Assembly: GCA_029101205.1 (NCBI GenBank)
Contig: JAQXQO010000134.1
Span: 45,281-109,280 of the forward strand
Direction: 5' to 3'
Length of the DNA: 64,000 bases
From: Coriobacteriales bacterium
GTDB taxonomy: Bacteria > Actinomycetota > Coriobacteriia > Coriobacteriales > Atopobiaceae
The notes below the pieces were generated by a model. It made no database searches. It was not told the origin of the DNA and worked only from the letters and a program-made list of their open reading frames with translations. Below, piece by piece: positions 48,841 to 58,737 of the stretch (positions are counted from its first letter, which is position 1; every line of letters starts with the position of its first letter). Both the position numbers and the translations under genes were made by a program.

Positions 48841-49044
48841 CGTTGTATGAACAACTCGCTTGCTAAGCCGAATGTAGTTCAAACAAGTCTTTGTTTGAAC
48901 AAGTAGGGGGTGAACGGTAGGTTTTAGCCTGTGAGCGTTATGTATACAAAATGATTTTTCTCTATCGGACGCGTTGCAAGTGGATTTCGGAGCTGCGTTT
49001 CTACCGAATTCCGTTTGGAGCTGTTCCAACTTGTTTAAACACAT
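48841..49044. promoter_or_regulatory. TreR-type operators in the ABC/glucosidase divergent promoter
   Basis: CGTTGTATGAACAACT 48841, TGTAGTTCAAACAAGT 48873, CTTTGTTTGAACAAGT 48889, ACTTGTTTAAACACAT 49029. Confidence 0.75.
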
Positions 49045-49116
49045 TAGGATGAAACGACCGGATTCTATGGCTGCCCCGTTGCGAGGTTTCAGGGCGGCCA
49101 GACGAGGGGAGAGACT

Positions 49117-50916
49117 ATGTCAGACTCAAACGATGCGCTGTGGTGGGCGCAGGCCGTGGTGTATCAGGTGTACCCGCGCTCGTTCAAGGACTCCACGGGC
49201 AGTGGCCTAGGCGACCTGGCCGGCGTGGCGTCAAAGATCGACTACCTGAGGCAGCTGGGCGTGGATGCGCTGTGGCTGAGCCCCTTCTATCCCAGCGAGC
49301 TGGCGGACGGCGGCTACGACGTAGCCGACTACCGCAACGTGGACCCCAGGCTAGGCACGATGGACGACTTTGACCACCTGGTGGACGTGGCGCACCAGGC
49401 AGGCATAAAGGTGCTGGTAGACATTGTGCCCAACCACACCTCGCACCTGCACCCCTGGTTCCAGGAGGCCCTGAAGGCAGGGCCGGGCTCTGCCGCGCGA
49501 GCGCGCTACATATTCCGCGACGGGCGCGGGCCCAACGGCGACCTGCCCCCCACTCGCTGGACCAGCCACTTTGGTGGCCCCGCGTGGACGCGCGTAGAGG
49601 ACGGCCAGTGGTACCTGCACCTCTTTACCTGGCAGCAGCCCGACCTGAACTGGCAGAACCCCGAGGTGCGCCAGGACTTCCTGAAGACGCTGCGCTTCTG
49701 GAGCGACCACGGCGCGGACGGCTTCCGCGTGGACGTGGCCCATGGCCTGGCGAAGGACCTGGACCGCGACGACCTGGACAGCTTTAGCGCCATCGAGATC
49801 AACCTGCCCGCCGACGGCTCGAACCCCCTGTACGACCGCGACGACGTGCACCAGATATACCGCGAGTGGCGCCAGGTTCTGAACGAGTACGACCCGCCAC
49901 GCTTCGCCGTGGCCGAGGCCTGGGTCAACCCCGAGCGCCAGTACCTGTATGCCAGCACCGACGAGCTGGGCCAGGTGTTCAACTTCGAGTTCGCCAAGAG
50001 CCTGTGGACGCGAGACGGCATGCACACCGCCATCAGCGAGGGGCTGGCCAGCGCCAGAAGGGCGCACTCCACCTCGACGTGGGTGCTGTCGAACCACGAC
50101 GTCGTACGCGTGGCCACGCGCTACGGGCTGCCCCAGGTGGATAGCCCCCGCTACCACCAGTTCAGCGTGGACTGGGTCACGCGAGACGGCCAGAGCTACA
50201 TCGAGAACCGCCAGCTGGGCCTGCGCCGTGCGAAGGCCGCCCTGCTGCTGGAGCTGGCGCTGCCCGGCTCCGCCTACGTCTACCAGGGAGAAGAGCTGGG
50301 ACTTCCCGAAGTGGCCACCCTGCCGTGGGACCGTCTGGAAGACCCGACCGCCTTCCACACCGAGGGTTCTGCCACGACTAAGGGCCGCGACGGCTGCCGC
50401 GTACCCCTGCCCTGGGACTCCACCGACGTTCCCACGGCGGCTCCGCAGGCGGACGACCCCGACGGCCAGTTTGGTGCCGGGGCGTCGTTTGGCTTCTCCC
50501 CCCGCACGAAGGCGGACGGCACGCCCGCCGAGGCACCGCACCTGCCGCAGCCCCTGTGGTTCCAGCAGTACTGCGTCGACGCGGAGGAGAAGGACCCCGG
50601 CTCCACGCTGAACTACTACCGACATGCGCTGGCCATCCGTCGCCAGCTGCGCCGCCAATGCGATAGCCTGGACCAGATGAACGACTTCGAGTGGCTGCCT
50701 ATGGACGCCGGGTCGGGCCAGCCCGATGGGGCGCAGGGCTACGAGGGCGGCGCCATCGCGTACAGGCGCGCCAACGGCTGGGCCTGCGTCGCAAACTTCG
50801 GCCGCCAGCCGGTAGAGCTGCCGAAGGGACAGCTGCTGCTGAGCTCGGCCGCGCTGGACGAGGACGGCCGCCTGCCCCAGGACTGCGCCGCCTGGGTGAT
50901 GCTGGACCAGCAGTAG
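49117..50916 (+). CDS. GH13 alpha-glucosidase
   Basis: YQVYPRSF, DIVPNHTS, DGFRVDVAHG, VAEAW, SNHD, GRDGCRVPLPW. Confidence 0.93.
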   Translation: MSDSNDALWWAQAVVYQVYPRSFKDSTGSGLGDLAGVASKIDYLRQLGVDALWLSPFYPSELADGGYDVADYRNVDPRLGTMDDFDHLVDVAHQAGIKVLVDIVPNHTSHLHPWFQEALKAGPGSAARARYIFRDGRGPNGDLPPTRWTSHFGGPAWTRVEDGQWYLHLFTWQQPDLNWQNPEVRQDFLKTLRFWSDHGADGFRVDVAHGLAKDLDRDDLDSFSAIEINLPADGSNPLYDRDDVHQIYREWRQVLNEYDPPRFAVAEAWVNPERQYLYASTDELGQVFNFEFAKSLWTRDGMHTAISEGLASARRAHSTSTWVLSNHDVVRVATRYGLPQVDSPRYHQFSVDWVTRDGQSYIENRQLGLRRAKAALLLELALPGSAYVYQGEELGLPEVATLPWDRLEDPTAFHTEGSATTKGRDGCRVPLPWDSTDVPTAAPQADDPDGQFGAGASFGFSPRTKADGTPAEAPHLPQPLWFQQYCVDAEEKDPGSTLNYYRHALAIRRQLRRQCDSLDQMNDFEWLPMDAGSGQPDGAQGYEGGAIAYRRANGWACVANFGRQPVELPKGQLLLSSAALDEDGRLPQDCAAWVMLDQQ

Positions 50917-51051
50917 GCCGGGGCAGCCGCGGGCGGCCGTTGCTGCGGCCCGGCACTGCCCGTCGCCAGGCCCGTCGCTACGGCCCTGCACCGCTGCCCG
51001 GCACCGCGGCCCGGCACCGCGGCCCGGCACGTCTGTCCCTACCATCCTCTG

Positions 51052-51107
51052 AGGGGCACAGTTTGCCTCGTTTTTCTCGCCTTGAATTCGAGGCAAACTG
51101 TGCCCCT
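51052..51107. repeat. Perfect 19-bp inverted repeat with 18-nt loop
   Basis: AGGGGCACAGTTTGCCTCG / CGAGGCAAACTGTGCCCCT. Confidence 0.9.
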
Positions 51108-51143
51108 GACCTGCTGGCCAGCACCCCAGCCCCTCTTCGCGAT

Positions 51144-51900
51144 ACCCCAATCGGCCCAACCGGCTACCCGGACCTGCCGGCTCTGCACCGATTGGTGCAA
51201 ACTAACCAGGTGTGAGCACCCGAACCCGCCGACTTTGCATTCAGCAATGTGAGCGCGAAGGCGGGCGGCCTTTCTACCAGGCCTTTTGCCAGAGGGGCAA
51301 TAATAGTCGGTGCAGACCAACCAGTTCTGGGTACCCAGACCCGCCGACTCTGCACCAGATAGTGCAGACCGACCAGGTTCGGGTACCCAGACCCCTGTAC
51401 TTTGCACCAGCTGGTGCACACTAACCAGCACATCAACCAATACACTAACCGGCACTGGGCACCCGAGCCCGTTTAGCCTGCGCCAATCGGTGCAGAGTCC
51501 GTAGGAGTGGGCGCCCACACCTGCCACCTTTGCAGGGATTTCTGCAGGGGTCGGACCCGTGGGCGCCCACACCTGCCACCTTTGCAGGAACCCGATTTGT
51601 CCCTCTCGCAAAACCCCAGGTCAGCGGCCTGCCTTCCCGAAATTGGAAATTCCTGAATGCAAAAGTCGGACCCGTGGGCGCACACACCTGCCACCTTTGT
51701 AGGGATTTCTGCGGAAGTCGGACCCATGGGCGCCCACACCTGTCATCTCTGCAGAAGCCGAGGCCCGCACATGGCATCGATTGGCCCGTCCGCAATCTCG
51801 ATTGGCCCACCCGCCTTCTCTACCTGCAGCTATGCCAGTAGGCCAAGCCCGGGTTCCGCGAACTCCCGACCCACGAGTGCCCGAAACCCCGATTCTCGTC
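51144..51900. repeat. Phased array of 44-bp symmetric units (locus 1)
   Basis: Units start at 51144 (partial), 51196, 51311, 51363, 51415 (partial), 51439, 51491, 51543, 51658, 51710 and 51857 (degenerate). Confidence 0.9.
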
Positions 51901-52145
51901 GAATGAGCTAGTGAAGGCCCTGCCAGCAGAGGCCCCACTAACAGATGCTCCGCCCGAAGATCCCACTAGCGAAGACCCCGGCAGCAGACGCCCCGCCCGA
52001 AGGCCCTGCCAGTGAATGCCCCGCCATCGAATCCCCACCATCGGCGACCCCACGCTCGAGCACCCGCAGCGGCCACGTTTGCGCAACGAGCGACTGCAAG
52101 GCTCGGCTCGACGCGACGCGGCGCGGCGCGGCATGCTCCACCCCG

Positions 52146-52958
52146 CTAGCAGACGAAGGGCCACTCCCCCGCCGCCAGCGCCTCGATGGCATCGGCCACG
52201 GCGTCGTCTTTGCACGCGCCGACGTGCCAGCGCGCGGCGGCCACCGCGTCGTCGGTCGCGTTGGCGACGGCGACCGAGTTGGGCACGTGGCGCAGCATGC
52301 TGAGGTCGTTGCCCGCATCGCCAAACACCACGACGTCGCCCAGCGTGCATCCGATTCGCTGGCACAGCAGGTCGATGCCCGTAGCCTTGTTGATTCCCGC
52401 GGGCATGATGTTCGAGAAGGTCGCCAGGGCCACGTCGAAGTCGAGCGCCTCCACCTCGCGATTCAGCCGGTCGACCAGCGACGTCGTCGCCTGCAGACCC
52501 TGCGACTGGAACACGTTCGCCTTGCCAACCACCATGTCGGGCACCCCGTCGGACTCCACGCAAGACTCCGCATAGCGTGGGAACGCCACCTGCAGGTCGG
52601 CCTTCTGTCCCTGCGCCAGGTACGGCCGACCTCCGACGAAGCACAAAAGCCCAGCTCCCGGCACGTCTTTCACGATGTTGGCCACCTGCGTCAGCGCGTC
52701 GTGGTCCAAGGTGGCCTGGCGAATCATCTGCCCGTCCAGGCGCACCTGCAAGCCGTTCGTCGCAACGGCGGTCCTGAAGCAGTCCTGGTCGTGGGCGAAT
52801 ATCGGGTCGACCCAGTCGATGCCACGGCCGCTGCACGGCCCCACGTGGATGCCCGCATCCAGCGCGTCGTGAAACGCCTGGCGCGTGCGCGCGTCCACCT
52901 CGTCGTTGCCATGCGGCATGATCGTGCCGTCGATGTCGCTCAAGATTAGCTTGACCAC
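52146..52958 (-). CDS. Cof-type HAD-IIB phosphatase
   Basis: LILSDIDGTI, CSGR, NKATGI, FGDAGNDLSML. Confidence 0.9.
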   Translation of the reverse strand: MVKLILSDIDGTIMPHGNDEVDARTRQAFHDALDAGIHVGPCSGRGIDWVDPIFAHDQDCFRTAVATNGLQVRLDGQMIRQATLDHDALTQVANIVKDVPGAGLLCFVGGRPYLAQGQKADLQVAFPRYAESCVESDGVPDMVVGKANVFQSQGLQATTSLVDRLNREVEALDFDVALATFSNIMPAGINKATGIDLLCQRIGCTLGDVVVFGDAGNDLSMLRHVPNSVAVANATDDAVAAARWHVGACKDDAVADAIEALAAGEWPFVC

Positions 52959-53106
52959 TTGGTCTCCCCTCGTAGTTCGCACCATACAGGCACATCCTAA
53001 CGCACGAGCGACCTGCCCTTCTTGAAGGAAGCCGCCATGCATCCCCAGGCTAGAATGGCATGGGCAAAAACCATTAGCGCCAGAAGCTCTCCCCCGACGG
53101 ACGCGC

Positions 53107-53160
53107 GCCAGCCCAACCGGCCTAGCCAGCCCGACCGGCTCTGTCGGCCCAACCGGCCTG
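53107..53160. repeat. 18-bp imperfect tandem repeat x3 (GCCAGCCCAACCGGCCTA-like)
   Basis: Copies start at 53107, 53125 and 53143. Confidence 0.7.
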
Positions 53161-53231
53161 ACCGTGCCAGTCAGCTCGGCCGGCTCCGCCAGCCCACGCC
53201 TCATCGAACCCAGAAAGGACCCAGACAGCAC

Positions 53232-54299
53232 ATGACCCATGCAAGCCCGTCACCGCACGCATCGATCAACGCGCACACAGTGCCCGACGCCACCACCTTC
53301 GACGTGTTCGATCTGCACTGCGACACCCTGGACGCGCTGGGCGCCGCCGACCTTATTGACTACCCCATGCTGGGCGACCGAGACCCGCACGACAACCTGG
53401 CCCACAACCACTTGCAGCTGTCCGCCGACCGCACGGCCGGCATACGCTGGTGCCAGTGCTACGCCATCTGGGTGCCGGACAACCTGCCCGCAGGCGTAAC
53501 GCCGTTGGACTTCTACCGCCGCCTGCGCACGTACTACAAAGAGCAGACCGCCCGGCTGGACGCGCAGGTCCGCCGCGTCGATGACCCCGCGCAGATTCGC
53601 CCCACGCTGGACTCCGGCCGCATGGCGGCGCTTCTGACCGTGGAGAACGGCTCGCCCATAGGCCATGACCTCGGCGCCGTTCACGAGTTCGCCGCAGACG
53701 GCGTGCACATGGTCACCCTGACCTGGAACGGGCCCAACTCCATCGGCAGCGGCAACCAGACGACCGACGGGCTGTCCTCCTTCGGACTCCAGGCGCTGCG
53801 CGAGCTGCAGAGCTGCGGCATCGTCGTGGACGTCTCGCACCTGAACGAGGCAGGCTTTTGGGACGTGGAGCACGCCTCCGACCAGCCCTTCGTTGCCTCC
53901 CACTCGAACTCGCGCGCCGTCTGCAACCACCCGCGCAACCTGGCCGACGACCAGTTTCGCGCCATCTGCGAGCGTGGCGGGCTCGTGGGCCTGAACTACT
54001 ACCGCAGCTTCATCACCGAGCGCGCCGTGGACCACGACGGCGTCCCCGCGTCGGGAGAGGTCACGTTCGACGAGCTGGCATCCCACGTCGAGCACTGGCT
54101 GGACCTGGGCGGAGAGGACGTGGTGGCGCTGGGCTCCGACTTCGACGGCTCCACGGTGCCCGCCTGGCTGGACGGCTGCCAGCAGATACCCACCTTCCAT
54201 CAGCGCATGGTCGAGCGCTTTGGAGAAGACCTGTGCAAGAAGATCTTCTTTGAGAATGCGAACGCCTTCTTTGTGCGAATGGGTCAGCCGCACGCGTAG
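53232..54299 (+). CDS. Membrane dipeptidase family (M19) peptidase
   Basis: DLHCDT, TVENG, TLTWN, DVSHL, ASHSN, RNL-x-D, LGSDFDG. Confidence 0.92.
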   Translation: MTHASPSPHASINAHTVPDATTFDVFDLHCDTLDALGAADLIDYPMLGDRDPHDNLAHNHLQLSADRTAGIRWCQCYAIWVPDNLPAGVTPLDFYRRLRTYYKEQTARLDAQVRRVDDPAQIRPTLDSGRMAALLTVENGSPIGHDLGAVHEFAADGVHMVTLTWNGPNSIGSGNQTTDGLSSFGLQALRELQSCGIVVDVSHLNEAGFWDVEHASDQPFVASHSNSRAVCNHPRNLADDQFRAICERGGLVGLNYYRSFITERAVDHDGVPASGEVTFDELASHVEHWLDLGGEDVVALGSDFDGSTVPAWLDGCQQIPTFHQRMVERFGEDLCKKIFFENANAFFVRMGQPHA

Positions 54300-54379
54300 A
54301 GAAGAGACGGCGAACCGTCAAGCGTGGGCAGGTCAGCCCGTGGACTTGGACTGGGCTGCCCGTAGGCTGCCCCAGCCTC

Positions 54380-55258
54380 CTACACCAGCGGAACGTCGAC
54401 GCGGCGCACGCGTGGCTGGGGCGCCCGCCTCTGGACGACCGCCTCGTCCAGCTGGCGCAACACATAGGTCCGGGCCTGTGCGACATCGGGGTTCGACCCC
54501 ACCAAGCCCGTGCCGCGCAGAGCTGTGCGGTCCATGTGGAAGTCCACGTCCACGCCCGCCGCACGCATGCGTTCGACGAACCGCGTGACGTCCTGGCAGG
54601 ACGGGTCGCCCATGCCCGATATCACGGTGGCGGCAGGCAGCCCTGCCAGGCCCTTGTCCCGCGTGACGTTGCTGAAGCCGGCGTCCCAGCCGCTGCCCAG
54701 CGACGGGTACAGTGCCATGAGGTAGGCCAGCGCGATGCCGCCCTGGTCCCTCTCGAACAGCGCCGTCTCGACCGCCAAGTCGGCCGCCGGGCCCGTACCC
54801 CCAACGAACAGCTGGTCAGTGGCTATGCCGTGTCGGCGCGCGCCATCGCGAAGCCACTGCAGCGCCGCATGGCAGGAGACCACGCCCGCGGGATGGTCCA
54901 CCACCAGCACCGCGCAGGGCCTGTGCTGGCACATGAGCCTGGCCATGGCATACCTAGACGAGGGACCCGACGTGGGGTCGTCTCCGTGCAGCCACAGGAT
55001 GCCGGGTGCGTCCAGCATGGCATCGGCGGCATAGAAGGCCCGCGCCTCCAGCTGCTCGCCGTCGGGAAGCGCGATGATGACGGGCTCGCCGGGGTCCAGC
55101 TCCTCCTGGGACGCCGCCTCGGCCATCTGCTCCGAACCCCCGGCTGCTCCCCGTGCATCGAACTGCATGGTGGCGTCCACGGGCTGATGCCCGGGCTCGC
55201 GCTTCGCGTCCTTGTGGGCATCGCCACGCCGTCCGAACAGCTTTCCAAACAGCGCCAT
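54380..55258 (-). CDS. Alpha/beta hydrolase fold protein (HSL-like), catalytic motifs degenerate
   Basis: PGILWLHGDD, LFVGGTGPAADLA, LYP, GLPAATVISG-x-x-DP...MRAAGVDV. Confidence 0.7.
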   Translation of the reverse strand: MALFGKLFGRRGDAHKDAKREPGHQPVDATMQFDARGAAGGSEQMAEAASQEELDPGEPVIIALPDGEQLEARAFYAADAMLDAPGILWLHGDDPTSGPSSRYAMARLMCQHRPCAVLVVDHPAGVVSCHAALQWLRDGARRHGIATDQLFVGGTGPAADLAVETALFERDQGGIALAYLMALYPSLGSGWDAGFSNVTRDKGLAGLPAATVISGMGDPSCQDVTRFVERMRAAGVDVDFHMDRTALRGTGLVGSNPDVAQARTYVLRQLDEAVVQRRAPQPRVRRVDVPLV

Positions 55259-55297
55259 GGCGCCTCCCCTCATTTCGAACCGTGGCGCCCCATCCGC

Positions 55298-57187
55298 CTA
55301 GTGCTCCTTCAGCTCGCCCATGCGATAGGCCTCCAGCAGCGCCTTCAGGTCGGCTATCTGCGAGCGGATGTTGCGCCCGGTGTCGGTGTCCGATATCAGC
55401 AGCGGCCTGTCCTCGCGCTCGACCACGGTGGTCACGCTAGTGATGTCGGCGTTCTCCGTCAGGGCCGCCGCCACGCTCTCGAAGGGCCGGTGCGCGCGCA
55501 GCTTCATGCCGCAGTCATCCACGACCAGCGTGAACCCCGCTATGCCCGTGGTGGCATGGTACGCCTTGCAGAAGCCACCGTCTATGACCAGCAGACGGCC
55601 GCCGCCTCGAATGGGCTTCTCGCCCGCGCGGATCTTTATGGGCGTGTGGCCGTTGATGATGTGGCCCTTCCCCGACAGGCCGAACTCGTGCAGGATGTCC
55701 ACGCACGCTTCCTCGTTGCGGGTCAGGCGCCAGTAGGGGTCGCGCGGCTCGACCCATGTGGAGGGGTCGGCGACGCAGATCCTCTCGAAGGTCTTTACGA
55801 TGCGGCCCGACATGGGCGACTGCTTTCCGCACCACAGGTACCACATCCAGTCGAGGTCGGACTGCTGTCGCAGGTTCCACGCCCGCCTGACCACGTGGTC
55901 GCAAAAGTCCATATAGGCCTTGCCCGAGCGCGGGGCATCGCCGCAGCGCACCATGCGGAAGGTACCGTCCTCGTTCATGGGGATGCAACCGTGGAATATC
56001 AGGTTGCCGTCGTGCACCAGGTAGACCGACCCGTGGTCTATGAGGAAGTCCATGTGGCGCTGCAGGCGCACCGACTCGCGGAACGACTTCACCAGGCCGT
56101 TCATGACCTCGGACTCCTCCGGGGTCAGCTCGTAGGGGTGCTGGGGGTCCAGCGTCGGGAAGTCGGTGGTCACCAACGGGTAGTCCGTGTCGCCCAGACG
56201 CACCGTGCCGTGCTCCAGGTCCATCCGGTCCAGCAGCAGCCGGTCGTTCATGCTGAACTCGGGGTGGCGCATGATGGTCCGCCCCTCCAGCTTCAGCAAG
56301 ATCACGCTGATGGCGCGCTCCATGCTCTTGGCGTCGCCGGACTGGCCGTAGGCACGCTCGGCGAACAGCGCCAGCTCGCGCAGGCTGATGCCGTAGGCGC
56401 TCTCCAGCACCTCCAGTTGGCCGTAGCGCACGTTGTTCCTGACCACCGTGGCTATGCAGGCAGGCGAGCCGGCCGCCGCGCCCATCCACAATACGTCGTG
56501 GTTTCCCCACTGCACGTCCACGCAGTGGTAGCCCAGAAGGTCGTCCATGATGCGGTCGGCATGCGGCCCGCGGTCGAATATGTCGCCCACGATGTGCAGC
56601 CGGTCCACGGCCAGGCGCTTGATGAGCGCCGACAGCGAGCAGATGAAGTCCTCGGCCGAGCCCGTCTCGATGATGGAGTCGATGATGCGCACGTGGTAGC
56701 TGTGGCGGCTCTGGTTCTTGTGCCCGGCCTCGTGCAGCAGCTCGTCGATGATGTAGGCGTAGGCCACGGGCATGGCCTTGCGCACCTTCGAGCGCGTGTA
56801 GTTGTTCGAGAGGAACCGTGCAATCCGGACTAGGTTGTGCAGGGTGTTGCGGTACCACTCGGTCGTGTCGCGGTGCTGGGCGCGCATGAGCTCTAGCTTC
56901 TCGCGCGGGTAGTAGATCAGCGTGCACAGTTCGGCCTGCTGCGCGTCGTCCAGCACCCCCTCAAAGGTGGCCGCCACGCGCTCGCGGATGACACCCGAGC
57001 AGTTGTTCAGGATGTGCGTGAACGCGTCCGACTCGCCATGCACGTCGCTCATGAAATGCTCGGTCGCCTTCGGCAGGTTCAGGATGGCCTGCAGGTTGAT
57101 GATCTCGGTGAAGACCGCCTGCTGCGTGGGGAACTGCTGCGACAGCAGCCTGAGGTACTTCAGCTGATCCACCTTTGCTTCCGTCAT
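55298..57187 (-). CDS. fbp: Fructose-1,6-bisphosphatase class III
   Basis: EIINLQAILNLPK, SDVHGE, GDIFDRGP, QWGNHD, INGHTP, VIDGGF. Confidence 0.95.
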   Translation of the reverse strand: MTEAKVDQLKYLRLLSQQFPTQQAVFTEIINLQAILNLPKATEHFMSDVHGESDAFTHILNNCSGVIRERVAATFEGVLDDAQQAELCTLIYYPREKLELMRAQHRDTTEWYRNTLHNLVRIARFLSNNYTRSKVRKAMPVAYAYIIDELLHEAGHKNQSRHSYHVRIIDSIIETGSAEDFICSLSALIKRLAVDRLHIVGDIFDRGPHADRIMDDLLGYHCVDVQWGNHDVLWMGAAAGSPACIATVVRNNVRYGQLEVLESAYGISLRELALFAERAYGQSGDAKSMERAISVILLKLEGRTIMRHPEFSMNDRLLLDRMDLEHGTVRLGDTDYPLVTTDFPTLDPQHPYELTPEESEVMNGLVKSFRESVRLQRHMDFLIDHGSVYLVHDGNLIFHGCIPMNEDGTFRMVRCGDAPRSGKAYMDFCDHVVRRAWNLRQQSDLDWMWYLWCGKQSPMSGRIVKTFERICVADPSTWVEPRDPYWRLTRNEEACVDILHEFGLSGKGHIINGHTPIKIRAGEKPIRGGGRLLVIDGGFCKAYHATTGIAGFTLVVDDCGMKLRAHRPFESVAAALTENADITSVTTVVEREDRPLLISDTDTGRNIRSQIADLKALLEAYRMGELKEH

Positions 57188-57197
57188 GCGCCGCCCC

Positions 57198-58352
57198 CTA
57201 CGCCCTGCGGCCGCCGACGAAGGTAGCCTGCAGACTGAGGTCGGGGGCGTACACGTTGAAGTCGGCGTTCCTGCCGGGCAGGATGAGGCCAAACTGATCC
57301 TCGATGCCGGCGGAACGAGCCGCCACCTCGCTGCCCATGCGGATGGCCTGCTCGGGCGTGACGATATCCCACCGCACCAGGTTCTGGATGCCCTCCGCCA
57401 GGGTCAGGACGGAGCCAGCCAGGGCACTCATGTCGGCCAGCCAGCACACGCCGTCCTTCAGCACCACCGGCAGGCCTCCGCTCATGTAGCTGCCGTCGGG
57501 CAGGCCGCCACAGCCCAGACAGTCGGTGATGGGTGCCACATGTTCCCAGCCCTTCGCGCGAATCAGCGCCTTGCAGGCGGCAGGTACCACGTGGTGACCG
57601 TCGCAGATCAGCTCGGCGTAGGTGCCCTCGGTGGCCATGGCAGCGCCCACCACGCCAGGCTCGCGATGGTGCAGCCCGCGCATGCCGTTGTACGTGTGCA
57701 CAAACACCGAGGCGCCCGCGTCCACGGCCGCCAGGCACTGCTCGTACGTGGCGTCGGAGTGACCAAGGGCGCACACGACGCCCTCCGCGGTAACCCGGGC
57801 CACGTACTCGCGCGCCTCGGGATACTCGGGTGCCAGGGCGCTCTTTCGAATGAGGCCGCGGGCGGCGCGCTGCCACAGGGCAAAGTCGTCGTAGTTTGGC
57901 GCCACCAGGTACTTGGGGTTCTGCGCGCCCTTGTGCTTCAGGGTGAAGAACGGACCCTCCAGGTACACGCCAGCTATGCGGGCGCCGACAAAGCCCTGGT
58001 CGCGGGCATCGTTTGCGTCCGCTATGGCCGCGCACTGGCGCTCTATGTTCTGCACGGAGTCCGTGAAGGTGGTAGGCAGCCACGCCGTGGTGCCGCGGTG
58101 CGCCAGCTGGCGGCTAGCCTCGTTCATGCCGTCGGCGTCGCAGTCGGTCGTGGCGTGGCCGTAGAAGCCGTGAATGTGGGTATCCACCAGGCCGGCACCC
58201 ACCCAGGCGTCGCCAAACTCCAGCACGTCGCAGGACGGCTCGCTCGTCTGGTAACCGTCGAACTTGCCGTCGCGCACCACCAGGTAGCCCGGCCCCGCCA
58301 GCCTGCCCGCCAGGACGAACTTCTCCGCGTGAACCGCAAAACAGTCAGACAT
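57198..58352 (-). CDS. nagA: N-acetylglucosamine-6-phosphate deacetylase
   Basis: DTHIHGF, LEGPF, GHSDAT, HTYNGM, ICDGHHV, LAGSVL. Confidence 0.95.
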   Translation of the reverse strand: MSDCFAVHAEKFVLAGRLAGPGYLVVRDGKFDGYQTSEPSCDVLEFGDAWVGAGLVDTHIHGFYGHATTDCDADGMNEASRQLAHRGTTAWLPTTFTDSVQNIERQCAAIADANDARDQGFVGARIAGVYLEGPFFTLKHKGAQNPKYLVAPNYDDFALWQRAARGLIRKSALAPEYPEAREYVARVTAEGVVCALGHSDATYEQCLAAVDAGASVFVHTYNGMRGLHHREPGVVGAAMATEGTYAELICDGHHVVPAACKALIRAKGWEHVAPITDCLGCGGLPDGSYMSGGLPVVLKDGVCWLADMSALAGSVLTLAEGIQNLVRWDIVTPEQAIRMGSEVAARSAGIEDQFGLILPGRNADFNVYAPDLSLQATFVGGRRA

Positions 58353-58521
58353 CTGCACTTCTGCACTCCTAATAAATCAGTCTGCCGGCCCAAGTTGGGG
58401 CTGGGGGCTGAGCCCAGCCCCCAGCCCGGGGCCGACGCGCCATCGCATTCTGTCATTACGTTACTCGTTGGGCCCCAAAGCGCCATGTCCTTCTCGGGAG
58501 GCGGCAATTGGGTCCCGCATC

Positions 58522-58610
58522 TTCGGTAGGACGCATGCCACAGTTCGGTAGGGCGTGCACCATGGTTCGGTAGGGCCAGCACCATTCTTCGGGTAGGGCG
58601 TGCGCCATAC
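58522..58610. repeat. 22-bp tandem repeat x4 (TTCGGTAGGGCGTGCACCATNN)
   Basis: Copies start at 58522, 58544, 58566 and 58588. Confidence 0.85.
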
Positions 58611-58737
58611 GCATCCAACTACTCGGTACGACTCGGCGCCCCACCTTTCTGACGCCGGTATCATGAGGACAGGCCACCAGAGTCTTGCCGTGGCTCCCAT
58701 CTGGAACCACGGACTCACGTCACAAAGGAAGAAGAAC

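Noticed and set aside
50996-51030. 13-bp tandem GCCCGGCACCGCG; also short tandems near 60400-60590 and 63444-63480
   Set aside because: Simple GC-rich slippage repeats just after stop codons, with no further structure.
51144-51900. CRISPR or TIGR-like guide array interpretation
   Set aside because: The N12 segments repeat between neighbouring units rather than being unique, unit pitch varies, and no cas or other effector gene is in the window.
51039-51938. ORFs with repeated QRWQV.APTGPT peptides
   Set aside because: Translations of the DNA repeat; the 52-bp pitch breaks frame and there is no RBS.
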